64,000 bases of DNA from Candidatus Latescibacterota bacterium (GTDB lineage: Bacteria; Latescibacterota; UBA2968; UBA8231). The notes beneath the pieces were generated by a model. It made no database searches. It worked only from the letters and a program-made list of their open reading frames with translations, and was not told the origin of the DNA. Below, piece after piece: positions 10,010-19,522 of this stretch. The translations under genes and the position numbers were made by a program. Numbering within the stretch: the stretch's first letter is position 1; each line of letters opens with the position of its first letter. Location: NCBI GenBank assembly GCA_965223905.1, contig CBDCXV010000001.1, positions 192,001 through 256,000 of the forward strand. The letters run 5' to 3'.

Positions 10010-10138
10010 GTGGTCCGGGTCGACCTTCGAAAACTGGCACTGAGACTGAAGGTCGTGGAGATGCTCAGGATCTACGCTGAACGCAGACAGGTGCGCGACG
10101 CGCCGGCCCTGTGGCGCCGTCTGATCCGCCCGAACTAG
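10010..10138 (+). CDS. Putative 42-aa basic protein (not in the ORF track)
   Basis: AGGAG 6 nt before GTG. Translates MVRVDLRKLALRLKVVEMLRIYAERRQVRDAPALWRRLIRPN; the TAG stop lies in the CTAG IS target. Confidence 0.45.
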   Translation: MVRVDLRKLALRLKVVEMLRIYAERRQVRDAPALWRRLIRPN

Positions 10139-11307
10139 TGTCCCGTCGCAGAAATAACTAGCGTAATATCCGCTTCGTGGGTCCTTTTCTCCAAGGATCT
10201 TTTCCAAAGGAGAGACCCGATGCGATCAGGACGCCCGTTGGTTCCGTTTGAATTGAGTGAACCGACCCGGAAGCAATTGCAATCCCTAGTCCACTCCCGC
10301 AGTACTCCCCAAGGTCTGGTTCGTCGGGCAGAGATCGTTCTGCTGGCCGCCGACGGGTGGCCCAACCTGGCCATTGCCAGCTGTTTGTCCACTTCGCCGG
10401 CGACCGTTGGAAAATGGCGCAAGCGCTTTGTGGAGCAAGGTCTCATGGGCCTGTATGACGAGCTGCGTCCGGGGGCGCCGCGCTCCATCGATGACGAGCA
10501 GGTGGCGGCGGTGGTATACAAGACGCTCCACGAGAAGCCCGAACACCAGACCCAGTGGACGGTGCGCTCCATGGCGGCCGCGTCGGGGATATCCAAGGAC
10601 ACGGTGCATCGCATCTGGCGCACTTTCGGCTTGCAGCCCCATCGGCAGAAGACCTTCAAACTGTCCACCGATCCCTTCTTCGTGGAGAAAGTGCGCGACA
10701 TCGTCGGTCTGTATCTGCATCCTCCCGAGCATGCCCTGGTGTTATGCGTAGACGAGAAGAGCCAGATCCAGGCCCTGGAGCGCCCTCAGCCGTTGCTGCC
10801 TTTGGGCCTGGGCTATGTGGAAGGGGTACCCCACGACTACAAACGCCATGGCACGACCACCCTGTTTGCGGCGCTCAACATCGAGAGCGGAGAGGTCATA
10901 GCGCAGTGTAAGCCGCGCCATCGGCCTCAGGGATTTCTCCAGTTTCTTGGCCACATCAAGGCTCAGGTACCGGCGCATCTGGACATTCATCTGGTGGTCG
11001 ATAACTACGCTACCCACAAACACGCCAAAGTAAAGCAGTGGTTGGCCCGACACCCCCGCTTCCACCTCCATTTCACCCCGACCTATGCGTGCTGGCTCAA
11101 CCAGGTGGAGATCTGGTTCGGCATCCTCACGCGGCGGACGATTCGACGCGGCTCCTTCAGGAAGGTGAAGGAATTGATCCGTCGCATTGAGCACTTCACG
11201 GACCATTGGAACCAAAAGGCCCACCCTTTCGTATGGACGGCCACGGCCGATTCCATCCTCGCAAAGATCAAAAGACTTTGTGAGCGAATTTCTGCGACAG
11301 GACACTA
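10136..11307 (+). mobile_element. IS630-family insertion sequence
   Basis: Terminal inverted repeats: left CTAGTGTCCCGTCGCAGAAAT (from 10135), right ATTTCTGCGACAGGACACTAG (to 11308), 20/21 match. TA at both ends within CTAG; single transposase. Confidence 0.95.
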
Positions 11308-11308
11308 G
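10220..11308 (+). CDS. IS630-family transposase
   Basis: N-terminal HTH (VGKWRKRF...RPGAP); DDE residues in VDEKS, VVDNY and WLNQVE; uninterrupted 362 aa. Confidence 0.95.
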   Translation: MRSGRPLVPFELSEPTRKQLQSLVHSRSTPQGLVRRAEIVLLAADGWPNLAIASCLSTSPATVGKWRKRFVEQGLMGLYDELRPGAPRSIDDEQVAAVVYKTLHEKPEHQTQWTVRSMAAASGISKDTVHRIWRTFGLQPHRQKTFKLSTDPFFVEKVRDIVGLYLHPPEHALVLCVDEKSQIQALERPQPLLPLGLGYVEGVPHDYKRHGTTTLFAALNIESGEVIAQCKPRHRPQGFLQFLGHIKAQVPAHLDIHLVVDNYATHKHAKVKQWLARHPRFHLHFTPTYACWLNQVEIWFGILTRRTIRRGSFRKVKELIRRIEHFTDHWNQKAHPFVWTATADSILAKIKRLCERISATGH

Positions 11309-11343
11309 TGCCTGCGCGCGCAATTCTGCGTGAACTCGGCCGC
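11308..11343 (+). repeat. Degenerate dispersed repeat (MITE-like), copy adjacent to IS630
   Basis: 11318-11343 matches the reverse complement of 58862-58887 at 23/26, and GTGCCTGC is also shared. Confidence 0.55.
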
Positions 11344-11450
11344 CCCTGCATCCCGGCTGGCCGCTTGGAGATTTCGTGAAACGCGACATCCTTTCCATGT
11401 GCGGTTGGCGCCATTCCATACGGGCTTTCCGGAGGGTGAGCCGGGGGCCG

Positions 11451-12179
11451 GTGAAAATCCAGCGATTCAAAGCCGGTCTGTTGCTCGCCGCGGCCATTTC
11501 GGCCTGCGAGGAGGGTCCTCCTCCCGACCCAGCGCATGCCCGCATGCGGATGAAGACGGAAGCCCTTCGCGAGCAGATCTCCGCCTCCCCTGACTCGCAG
11601 CGTCTCCACTACCGCCTTGGCATGGTGTTCGCCGAATTCGGTTACCTGGATTCGGCCTGCATCGCTCTCGAACGCTGCCTTCTCATCGACTCCGCCATCC
11701 CCGAGGTCCACTTCGAGCTCGGAGACCTGTACCTGCAGCAGAACAAGGTCGACGCCGCGGCTGCGGCTTACGAACAGGCCGTGAGATACAAACCGGACTG
11801 GGTCGACGCCTTCAACAATCTGGGATTCGTTTACAAGAAAGCGGGTCGACTCGACCTCGCCGAGTCGGCGTACGAGCGCGCCCTGCTACTCGACTCGAGC
11901 TTTGTGCAGGCGTACAACAACCTCGGTCAAGTGTACAAGCAGAGGGGGGAGTGGAGCGAAGCGATCCGTCTGTACCAAAAAGCTATTGCAGCCCGGCCCA
12001 TGTTTCAGGAAGCCTACCTGAACTTGGCCATGGCGTACAAGAGCAACGGCGACCACGACAAGGAAACCGAGATTCTGCAGGATATCGTCGAACTGTTCGG
12101 CACCGCCGAAAAGTGGGGAGCCTACGCCGAAAGTCGCCTTGCGGAGCTGCAGGCATTCGGCGGCAGCTCCACCCTATAG
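11451..12179 (+). CDS. TPR-repeat lipoprotein
   Basis: Lipobox-like LLLAAAISAC after GTG 11451; multiple TPR units (AFNNLG, AYNNLG, AYLNLA). Confidence 0.8.
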   Translation: MKIQRFKAGLLLAAAISACEEGPPPDPAHARMRMKTEALREQISASPDSQRLHYRLGMVFAEFGYLDSACIALERCLLIDSAIPEVHFELGDLYLQQNKVDAAAAAYEQAVRYKPDWVDAFNNLGFVYKKAGRLDLAESAYERALLLDSSFVQAYNNLGQVYKQRGEWSEAIRLYQKAIAARPMFQEAYLNLAMAYKSNGDHDKETEILQDIVELFGTAEKWGAYAESRLAELQAFGGSSTL

Positions 12180-12182
12180 GAG

Positions 12183-12569
12183 CTACTCCTCCGCCTGCCC
12201 CTGCTTCCTGCGTTCGAAGAGCTGCAGGTTGATGTCGTTGGGCCCTTCGAAGAAGGCCAGGTGAATGCCCCCGGCTCCCGCGTCGAAAGGCTCCTTCGTT
12301 ATCGTCACCCCCTTTTGCCGCAGCTCCTCGGTTACCGCCTCGATCTCCTCTACCGCGAAAGATACGTGGTGAAAGCCCACCGGGTGCCCCGTTGACTTCG
12401 CGGGCATCAGCTCGAGGATGATGTCGCCTGCCTTCATGAAAACGTAGTCGTCGTCATCCTCGTTCGGGAAACGCTCGATGACTTCGAGCCCGAGGGTTTC
12501 GGTGAAAAAGCCCACCGCGCTTTCCACGTCGTCCGTCACGAACGCGATTTTGTGAATCCTATTGACCAT
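12183..12569 (-). CDS. VOC/glyoxalase-family protein
   Basis: MVNRIHKIAFVTDDVESAVGFFTETLGL, ILEL, GFHHVSF, FFEGP; start ATG 12569. Confidence 0.85.
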   Translation of the reverse strand: MVNRIHKIAFVTDDVESAVGFFTETLGLEVIERFPNEDDDDYVFMKAGDIILELMPAKSTGHPVGFHHVSFAVEEIEAVTEELRQKGVTITKEPFDAGAGGIHLAFFEGPNDINLQLFERRKQGQAEE

Positions 12570-12592
12570 CGGTCGACTCCCGGGAATTTGGA

Positions 12593-13150
12593 TTATTGGG
12601 ATTGCAGTCGCAGAACGCGGCGAACGTAATCGAGACTCGACGCCAACAGCAGGGTTGTTGCTACAGCGACAGCCGCCTGTGCGAGCCCTCGCGGAGCCGC
12701 AAAGACGTACCCGGCAAGGGCGAGAACCATGGTGGCCGTGGCCGCCTTGCCCAGCGGGGAGGCCGGAAGGACGAGTCCACGAGTTCGAAACAGATATACG
12801 CCGACCGAAACGATGGCGGCATCCCTGACGAGCTGCAAAGCCATCAGCCACCCCGGTAAATCGAACCACACCACCAGCGCCAGGCCGAGTCCACCGACCG
12901 CTATCTTGTCGGCCAGGGGATCGAGAATCTTGCCGGTTCGGGAAACGAGCCCGAACCGGCGAGCAAAATAGCCGTCGAGGAAGTCGGTCGCAGCGGCCCC
13001 GATCAGCAGAACTCCCGAAAACCACGAAGCCCCGGTGCCATCGCCGGTTTCGGCATCGCGGCGCAAGCTCAACAGCAACGCGGGAACAAGAGCGACGCGA
13101 AGAGCGCTGAGCGCATTCGGAAGCGCGGAAAGGATACCGCCGGCCATCAC
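12593..13150 (-). CDS. CDP-alcohol phosphatidyltransferase (PgsA-like)
   Basis: PNALSALR and the signature TDFLDGYFARR...GKILDPLADK. Confidence 0.9.
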   Translation of the reverse strand: MMAGGILSALPNALSALRVALVPALLLSLRRDAETGDGTGASWFSGVLLIGAAATDFLDGYFARRFGLVSRTGKILDPLADKIAVGGLGLALVVWFDLPGWLMALQLVRDAAIVSVGVYLFRTRGLVLPASPLGKAATATMVLALAGYVFAAPRGLAQAAVAVATTLLLASSLDYVRRVLRLQSQ

Positions 13151-14859
13151 CTCAGCAACTCTTCGGCGTGCTGTCGCGCTGTTTCCGATACCGACTCCCC
13201 GGCCAGAAGACGAGCTACTTCCTCTCGGCGTTCAGCCACATCGGACAGGGGATAGACCTCGGTCACGGTGCGCCCACGGCGCTGGATCTTGCGCACCGAA
13301 AAATGACAATCTGCGAGGCTCGCTATCTGCGGCAGGTGAGTGATCGCAATCGCCTGGTGGGAGTGGGCGAGGTCCTTGAGCCGCTGCCCGACAGCGCTGG
13401 CAGTGCGACCGGAAATACCGGAGTCGATCTCGTCGAAAACGAGGGTCGACACCACGTCCCGCTCGGCGATGATCCCCTTGAGCACTAGCATGATGCGCGA
13501 GATTTCGCCGCCCGAGGCGACTCGGGCGAGGGGGCGAGGCGGCTCCCCGGGGTTTGCGGAAATGAAAAAAGCCACCTTCTCGACCCCGGAGGCGTCGGCC
13601 CGGTAGCGGACCCCATCGATTTCTACCAGGCCGTCCGGATCCCGCTCCCGAGTGCACCTCGCTTCGAAGCTGGCGCCGGGGATGCCCAGGGCTCCGAGTC
13701 CTTTCTCAACTTCTCCTGCCAGCGCCGACGCCGCTCGCTCGCGCCGTCCTGACAGAACCAGACAGTCCCGGGCAAACCTTTCGGCGATCTCTGCGTGGCC
13801 ACTGCCCGCCGCGGCGATCGCGCTCTCTATTTCCTCCAGGCGATCCCCTGCCACCTCCAGTTCCCGGGCGGTCCGGGCTACGTCGGCCAGTGTGCCTCCG
13901 TACTTTCGAGTCAGGCGGTGCAGCTCGAACAGACGCTCCCGCGCCTGCTCGAGCCGCTCGGGATTCGGCTCCAAGCGATTGAGATACTCCCGGAATCTGG
14001 CGGCTACGTCCTCGGCGCGAAACAGCAGTTGCTCCACCTCCTCGGCGAGCTGCCCGAGACGAGGGTCGATCTCCACAAGTCGATCCAGCTGGCGCCGGCA
14101 CCCCCCGAGAACCTCCACGGTAGCTCCGTCTTCCCGGTACAGTCGATCGAAGACGGAACCCACTTCGGAGGAGAGTTCGGCTTGGTTTGCCAGTACTCTC
14201 ACCTCCGTTTCCAGGATTTCGTCTTCTCCCTCTTCGGGACCGATTCGCCGGATTTCCTCCAGCTGGAAACCCCGGAGTTCTTCCTCTCTCAGCAACTCGG
14301 CGCGTTCCCGCTCGAGGTTCGCCAGTTCCTCTGCGCAGCGCTCGACCTCGTTGAACGAGGCTCCCACTGAAGCTGCGGATTCCCCCAGTTGTGCGCAGTC
14401 GTCGAGAAAACGGGCGTGTTGGTCTTCGTCGAGAAGGGACTGGTGCTCGTGCTGGCCGTGAAGGTCGATCAATGCTCCGCCAATCTCCTGCAGCTTTTTC
14501 AGGGGCACGATACGGCCGTCGACAAAGGCGCGGGAACGGACGTTCTCCCTGATTTCGCGCCGAAGTACGAGCTGTTGGCCGTCGACCTCGACCCCCATCC
14601 GCCCCAGCCTGTCCAATGCTGCACTACCGGCGGCCTCGGCCTCATCGAATTCGAACAACCCCTCGACCACACAGCGGTCGCAGCCGCCGCGAATCAGATC
14701 GGATCGCGCCGGCCCACCGAGAATGCAGTTCAGGGCGCCGAGTAGGATCGACTTCCCGGCGCCCGTTTCTCCGGTAATGATATTGAGACCCCGGCCGAAC
14801 TCGATCTCGGAACGCTCTATCAAGGCGAAATTTTGGATGAGGAGCCGGGTCAGCATCAC
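13147..14859 (-). CDS. recN: DNA repair protein RecN
   Basis: GETGAGKS, IDLHGQHEHQ, ASGGEISR, FDEIDSG, ITHLPQIA; central coiled coil. Confidence 0.97.
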   Translation of the reverse strand: MMLTRLLIQNFALIERSEIEFGRGLNIITGETGAGKSILLGALNCILGGPARSDLIRGGCDRCVVEGLFEFDEAEAAGSAALDRLGRMGVEVDGQQLVLRREIRENVRSRAFVDGRIVPLKKLQEIGGALIDLHGQHEHQSLLDEDQHARFLDDCAQLGESAASVGASFNEVERCAEELANLERERAELLREEELRGFQLEEIRRIGPEEGEDEILETEVRVLANQAELSSEVGSVFDRLYREDGATVEVLGGCRRQLDRLVEIDPRLGQLAEEVEQLLFRAEDVAARFREYLNRLEPNPERLEQARERLFELHRLTRKYGGTLADVARTARELEVAGDRLEEIESAIAAAGSGHAEIAERFARDCLVLSGRRERAASALAGEVEKGLGALGIPGASFEARCTRERDPDGLVEIDGVRYRADASGVEKVAFFISANPGEPPRPLARVASGGEISRIMLVLKGIIAERDVVSTLVFDEIDSGISGRTASAVGQRLKDLAHSHQAIAITHLPQIASLADCHFSVRKIQRRGRTVTEVYPLSDVAERREEVARLLAGESVSETARQHAEELLR

Positions 14860-14868
14860 CGCCTGCCT

Positions 14869-15135
14869 TCAATCGCCAGTATCGAAATCCTGTTCGGGTG
14901 CCTCTTCGAGAAACTCGAGCTCGAACTCTCCACCAACTTTCTCGATCAGCACTTGGACCCGCTTGCGCGTCTGATCCAGCATCCTGCCACAGACACGCGA
15001 GGCAGCAACTCCCCGCTCGAAGACCAGAAGGGACTCCTCCAGCGTCAGAGCCCCGGATTCCAGGCGCTCCACGCTTTCTTCCAGCAGCGCCATCGCCTCT
15101 TCGAAGCTTTGCGGCACGGTCGAATCTTCAGTCAT
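14869..15135 (-). CDS. xseB: Exodeoxyribonuclease VII small subunit
   Basis: SFEEAMALLEESVERLESGALTLEESL...FERG; directly after xseA. Confidence 0.93.
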   Translation of the reverse strand: MTEDSTVPQSFEEAMALLEESVERLESGALTLEESLLVFERGVAASRVCGRMLDQTRKRVQVLIEKVGGEFELEFLEEAPEQDFDTGD

Positions 15136-16378
15136 TGTCTTTCGTCCCAGTTGCCGTTCGGATGGTGAACCGCCTACTCGATGAAACCTCTTCGACCAGA
15201 CAGCCCGCCTCACCCTCTGCGAAACGCAACCGCAGGCGGTCCCCGGGAATCAGGTCGCCGCCGCGGCTCACGGGCAGTCCGCTTCCGGCACGTGAACAGT
15301 AGGCAAAACCACGCGACAACCCGGCGAGGGGATCGGTCGATTTCAGCCGCAGTACGGAGGTCCTGAACCGAACCCCCGTTTTGATCAGGTGTCGGTCCAG
15401 GGTGTCGGCGAGCCGGCCGCGCATCTCGTCCAGGCCCTGTTCCGACTGCACCAAGCGCCCCCGCAGGGCATCCAGCAGGCGCTCCGGTTCTCGGTCTTCG
15501 AGGTGCTGGCGGGATTCGGCGAGACCTTTGCGCACGACCCGCAGCAGGTCTTTGGTACGAGCTGCCACTTGCCTCCGCAGCTCCATCTGGTCGGGAGTTG
15601 CCAGCTCCGCGGCAGCGGAAGGGGTTGGTGCGCGGATATCCGCCACGTAATCGGCGATCGTGTAGTCGATCTCGTGACCGACGGCAGACACCACCGGAAC
15701 CCTGGAGTCATGGATCGCGCGGGCCACCACTTCCTCGTTGAATGGCCAGAGGTCCTCCGGCGATCCTCCGCCGCGACCGACGATCAATAAATCCGCTTCG
15801 GAATGGGCGTTCAGATCGGCGATGCCATTTGCGATTGCCTGGGCGGCTCCGGGGCCTTGTACCCGTGTCGGGCGCAGCACGATCTGCACTCCCGGTGAGC
15901 GCCGCTGCACGATCTGAAGAATGTCCCGTATCGCGGCTCCGCGGGCAGAGGTTACAACGCCCACACACCGCGGGAAGCGGGGCAGGGGTTTCTTCCGTTC
16001 CTCCGCAAACAGGCCCTCGGCTTCTAGGCGGGCGCGCAAGCGCTCGAAAGTGACCGCCATTTCCCCGACCCCGACCGGCTGCACCCAGTACACCTGCAAC
16101 TGGTAGCGCCCTCCGCGCTCGTAGACCGAGACGTTTCCGTAGACAAGCAACTGCACACCGGGCTCGGGAATAAAGGTCAGTTCGCGGGCGTAAAATCGAA
16201 ACATCACGCAACTGATCTGACTCGACTCGTCTCGCAACGTCCAGTAGCAGTGCCCCGACGAGGCACGCGAAAAATCGGATACCTCGCCGATGACCCACCC
16301 CATCTCCAGCGACTCTTCAAGGACGCTTTTGACTCGCGCCGTGATCTCCGAGACCGTCAGGGCCTGGTTCGCCATCAC
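15128..16378 (-). CDS. xseA: Exodeoxyribonuclease VII large subunit
   Basis: GEVSDF..SGHCYWTL, GRGGGSPEDLWPFNEE, SAVGHEID, APTPSAAAE. Confidence 0.97.
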   Translation of the reverse strand: MMANQALTVSEITARVKSVLEESLEMGWVIGEVSDFSRASSGHCYWTLRDESSQISCVMFRFYARELTFIPEPGVQLLVYGNVSVYERGGRYQLQVYWVQPVGVGEMAVTFERLRARLEAEGLFAEERKKPLPRFPRCVGVVTSARGAAIRDILQIVQRRSPGVQIVLRPTRVQGPGAAQAIANGIADLNAHSEADLLIVGRGGGSPEDLWPFNEEVVARAIHDSRVPVVSAVGHEIDYTIADYVADIRAPTPSAAAELATPDQMELRRQVAARTKDLLRVVRKGLAESRQHLEDREPERLLDALRGRLVQSEQGLDEMRGRLADTLDRHLIKTGVRFRTSVLRLKSTDPLAGLSRGFAYCSRAGSGLPVSRGGDLIPGDRLRLRFAEGEAGCLVEEVSSSRRFTIRTATGTKDND

Positions 16379-17193
16379 TCTTCCTCGTCGTCCGGGGGCC
16401 AGGGGGCCCTTTGGACCTCCGCGATCTGCAGGCGCTCGATGCCGCGGGCGCGGCCGTCCGCCTCATCGATGTCGACTACTGCGCCGCAGAAGACAGCCCT
16501 GCCTTCTGCTGGCTTGAAGCGTGTCGGCACCTGCTCGACGAAACGTTTGACGGCGATTTCGGGTCGTGTGCCGATCACTGAATCCTGGACACCCGTCATC
16601 CCCGCGTCCGTGATGTAGGCTGTTCCTCCAGAGAGCACTCGTTCGTCTGCCGTTTGAACATGAGTGTGCGTACCGATTACAGCCGAGGCGATACCGTCGA
16701 AATAGCGGCCGAGAGCAACCTTTTCCGCTGTCGCTTCGGCGTGAAAGTCGACGAACACGACGGGGGTTTCTCTTTTGAGCCGCTCGACTTCCGCCCGCCC
16801 GAGCACGAAGGGGCAGTTGATGGTGGGCATGAAGGTCCGCCCCTGCAAATTGACGACCGCCACGGGCGTTCCGGACTTCGCGGTTACGATGGTCGATCCG
16901 GACCCGGGAGCCTCCTTGGGGTAATTGAACGGCCGCAGCACCCTGTCCGACTTGGACAGGAAACGGGAGAAATCGGCACGGTTCCAGATGTGATTACCGG
17001 AGGTAATTACATCTACCCCGTAACTGTGCAGCTTGCGGGCGATCGTTTCGGTCATTCCGAAACCGCCGGCGGCATTCTCCCCGTTGGCTATGCACAGATC
17101 GATTTCGCGTTCGCGCACCAAGCGTGGGATTATGTCAGCCGCGACTCGTCTCCCGGGCCGGGCGTAGATGTCGGCTGCGAAAAGGATTCTCAA
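16375..17193 (-). CDS. YmdB/TIGR00282-family metallophosphoesterase
   Basis: NGENAAGGFG, TSGNH, VDFHAEATAEK, GTHTHVQTAD; usual position after rny. Confidence 0.93.
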   Translation of the reverse strand: MRILFAADIYARPGRRVAADIIPRLVREREIDLCIANGENAAGGFGMTETIARKLHSYGVDVITSGNHIWNRADFSRFLSKSDRVLRPFNYPKEAPGSGSTIVTAKSGTPVAVVNLQGRTFMPTINCPFVLGRAEVERLKRETPVVFVDFHAEATAEKVALGRYFDGIASAVIGTHTHVQTADERVLSGGTAYITDAGMTGVQDSVIGTRPEIAVKRFVEQVPTRFKPAEGRAVFCGAVVDIDEADGRARGIERLQIAEVQRAPWPPDDEEE

Positions 17194-17207
17194 TGCGGGC
17201 GGCGGCG

Positions 17208-18770
17208 TCAGCGGGCGAAATGAACCGCGCGCACCTCGCGTATAACGCAGACCTTGATCTGGCCCGGCTGTCCGAGTTCTTCCTCAAGGGTCTCGGTAAT
17301 CTCGTCGGCCAGCTGATCGGCATAAGTATCGTCGACTGCGGCGCTGTCGACGAGGACGCGAACTTCCCTTCCGTTTTGAAGCGCATAGGCGGTTCTGACG
17401 CCGGGGTTGGCGCTGGCGATCTCCTCGATCTCACGCATGCGTCGCACGTAATCCTCCGCCTTGTCCTTGCGGGCGCCAGGCCGGCTGGTCGAAATCTCAT
17501 CCGCTGCCTTGACGATGATGGCAATCGCGGAACGAGTAGGTGTCTCGAGATCGTGAGTCTCGATTACCTCGACGACTTCCGGGCTTTCGCCGCACTTGCG
17601 CGCCAGAGCCCCGCTCGACTGGGCGCTGTCGGCGCCGATCTGAAAATCCAGCGCCTTGCCGATGTCGTGAAGCAGTCCGGCACGGCCCGCCAGGTTGGCG
17701 TCGATTTCGAGACGCTCCGCCATGGTGCCTGCGAGCATGCCGACCTCCAGACAGTGAACCAGAAGGTTCTGGCCGTAGCTGGAAAGGAATCTCAACTTGC
17801 CGAGGAGTTCGAGCAGCGGTTCAGCCATGTCGTGGATGCCTAGGTCGAAAGCCGCTTTGGATCCCGACTCGCGAATCATCTCCTCGACGTCCTCCCGAGC
17901 TTTCTCGTACGCTTCCTCGATGCGTCCGGGGTGAATGCGGCCATCGAGGATGAGCTTTTCCAGAGTGCTCCTCGCCACCTCGCGGCGCAACGGATCAAAG
18001 CTGGAGAGCATGACGATTCCGGGAGTATCGTCGACGATGACCTCGACACCAGTAATCATGTCGAAGGAGCGAATATTGCGGCCGTCGCGACCGATGATCC
18101 GCCCCTTCATCTCCTCCGAGGGAAGGCTGACGACGGAGACCGTGCTCTCCCGCGCCAAATCTCCTGCGTAGCGCTGGATGGACCAGGATATGATCTCCCT
18201 GGCTTCGCGATTCGCCATCGCCACAGCCTCGTCCTTGATCTCGCGAACCTTGCGCGCGGCGAACTGGCGCGCGCTGTCTTCCTCCTGCTCGATGAGCATG
18301 ATCCTGGCTTCGGCCTGGCTCAGGCCCGCCAATTCCTCGAGAAAACGCCCCTGTTCGCTGACGCGGTCATTCACTCTTTCCTCCTTTGCCGCGATATGTT
18401 CCTCGCGCCGCGACAGCTCCTTCTCTGTCTTCAGGAGACTCCGCTCCTTGCTTTCGAGCACATCGACTTTGCGGTCGAGCTGGTGTTCGCGCTCCAACAG
18501 GCCGGTCTCCAGTTCCCGCAGCGATCGTTTGGAGTTCTCAATTTCGCGTTCCAAGGGCTCGCGCTCCCGCCGCCACTCGTCTTTGGCTTCGAGCTCTGCG
18601 GTCTTCTTCATCGACTCGACCTCTACTCGCGCTTCCTCGACGATGCGCTGAACTCTTTGCTGGGCATCTGCGGCCCTCCCACGCCGCAGGCGGCCGTTCA
18701 CTAACCACCCGATCACAGCACCGACCGCCACCAATGCAAAAGCCGACAATATGGCGCCTGCCATTACCAT
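17208..18770 (-). CDS. rny: Ribonuclease Y
   Basis: N-terminal TM helix, coiled coil, KH domain (MKGRIIGRDGRNIR), HD domain (GLLHDIGKA), SRPGAR. Confidence 0.95.
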   Translation of the reverse strand: MVMAGAILSAFALVAVGAVIGWLVNGRLRRGRAADAQQRVQRIVEEARVEVESMKKTAELEAKDEWRREREPLEREIENSKRSLRELETGLLEREHQLDRKVDVLESKERSLLKTEKELSRREEHIAAKEERVNDRVSEQGRFLEELAGLSQAEARIMLIEQEEDSARQFAARKVREIKDEAVAMANREAREIISWSIQRYAGDLARESTVSVVSLPSEEMKGRIIGRDGRNIRSFDMITGVEVIVDDTPGIVMLSSFDPLRREVARSTLEKLILDGRIHPGRIEEAYEKAREDVEEMIRESGSKAAFDLGIHDMAEPLLELLGKLRFLSSYGQNLLVHCLEVGMLAGTMAERLEIDANLAGRAGLLHDIGKALDFQIGADSAQSSGALARKCGESPEVVEVIETHDLETPTRSAIAIIVKAADEISTSRPGARKDKAEDYVRRMREIEEIASANPGVRTAYALQNGREVRVLVDSAAVDDTYADQLADEITETLEEELGQPGQIKVCVIREVRAVHFAR

Positions 18771-18782
18771 ATTTTTGGGGAT

Positions 18783-19193
18783 TTATGGGTCTTCCCGGGC
18801 GGGATTCGCCTCGGCAGCGGAGGAATGCTGCCGGTCCCATCCAGCCTCGGCTTGCCGTTCAGCGGCAATATCGGAGGGCCACCGAGGACCGACATCCTGC
18901 AACAGCTTGCCGAGACTCGACGTCAGGCGAGAGGTGCGCATGGCTATATCGGCTTCCGTCGATTGGTAGCGCTGGCGGAGACCGAAAAGCTCGTCGATGA
19001 GCTCAAGGGCGGCGATAATCGCCGTATGCCAAGGAGTCCGGGAACCGTGAACCGATTGGACGCGCCGCAATCTCTCATCGACCAAGGCAGCAACTTCCGC
19101 AATCTGCCGCGAAGTCATATCGTCGCTGCCGGCGAAGGTGTACTTCCGGTCCAGAATGTCGACAACCACTCCGCCGCTGTGATCGCTATCCAT
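18783..19193 (-). CDS. zapA: Cell division protein ZapA
   Basis: VDILDRKY...VAALVDERL...AIIAALELIDEL; conserved position between pheT and rny. Confidence 0.8.
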   Translation of the reverse strand: MDSDHSGGVVVDILDRKYTFAGSDDMTSRQIAEVAALVDERLRRVQSVHGSRTPWHTAIIAALELIDELFGLRQRYQSTEADIAMRTSRLTSSLGKLLQDVGPRWPSDIAAERQAEAGWDRQHSSAAEANPAREDP

Positions 19194-19243
19194 CGATACT
19201 CCTCGGGGAAGGGTCCGTCATCTATTCCCAGAGGAAATTGGAT

Positions 19244-19522
19244 CTATTCTGCTGCCTCTGGATGCTCAACTGCAACCTGCTCGAGACGAGCCAGGATTTC
19301 TTGGATTTTTCCCCTTACCTGCTCGCGGTCCGCCGTCGCCTGACGGTTCTCTTCATCCGCCTTCGCGATCCGGGCCTTCAGCTCTTCGATCTCGACCTTT
19401 AGCAATTCACCGGCTTCCACCTGAGCCCGAAGCGTCTCGTTTTCCTGCCGGAACTGCTCCAGCACCCCGAGGAGGCGGTCCACTTCACTTTCAAGGCGCC
19501 TGAAATTTCCATCTACTCCCAT
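19244..19522 (-). CDS. ZapB-like coiled-coil protein
   Basis: 92-aa coiled coil ending VRGKIQEILARLE, upstream of zapA. Confidence 0.7.
   Translation of the reverse strand: MGVDGNFRRLESEVDRLLGVLEQFRQENETLRAQVEAGELLKVEIEELKARIAKADEENRQATADREQVRGKIQEILARLEQVAVEHPEAAE

Noticed and set aside
18770-18900. 6S RNA expected after zapA
   Set aside because: Only 12 nt separate zapA and rny, and no 6S-like structure is recognisable.
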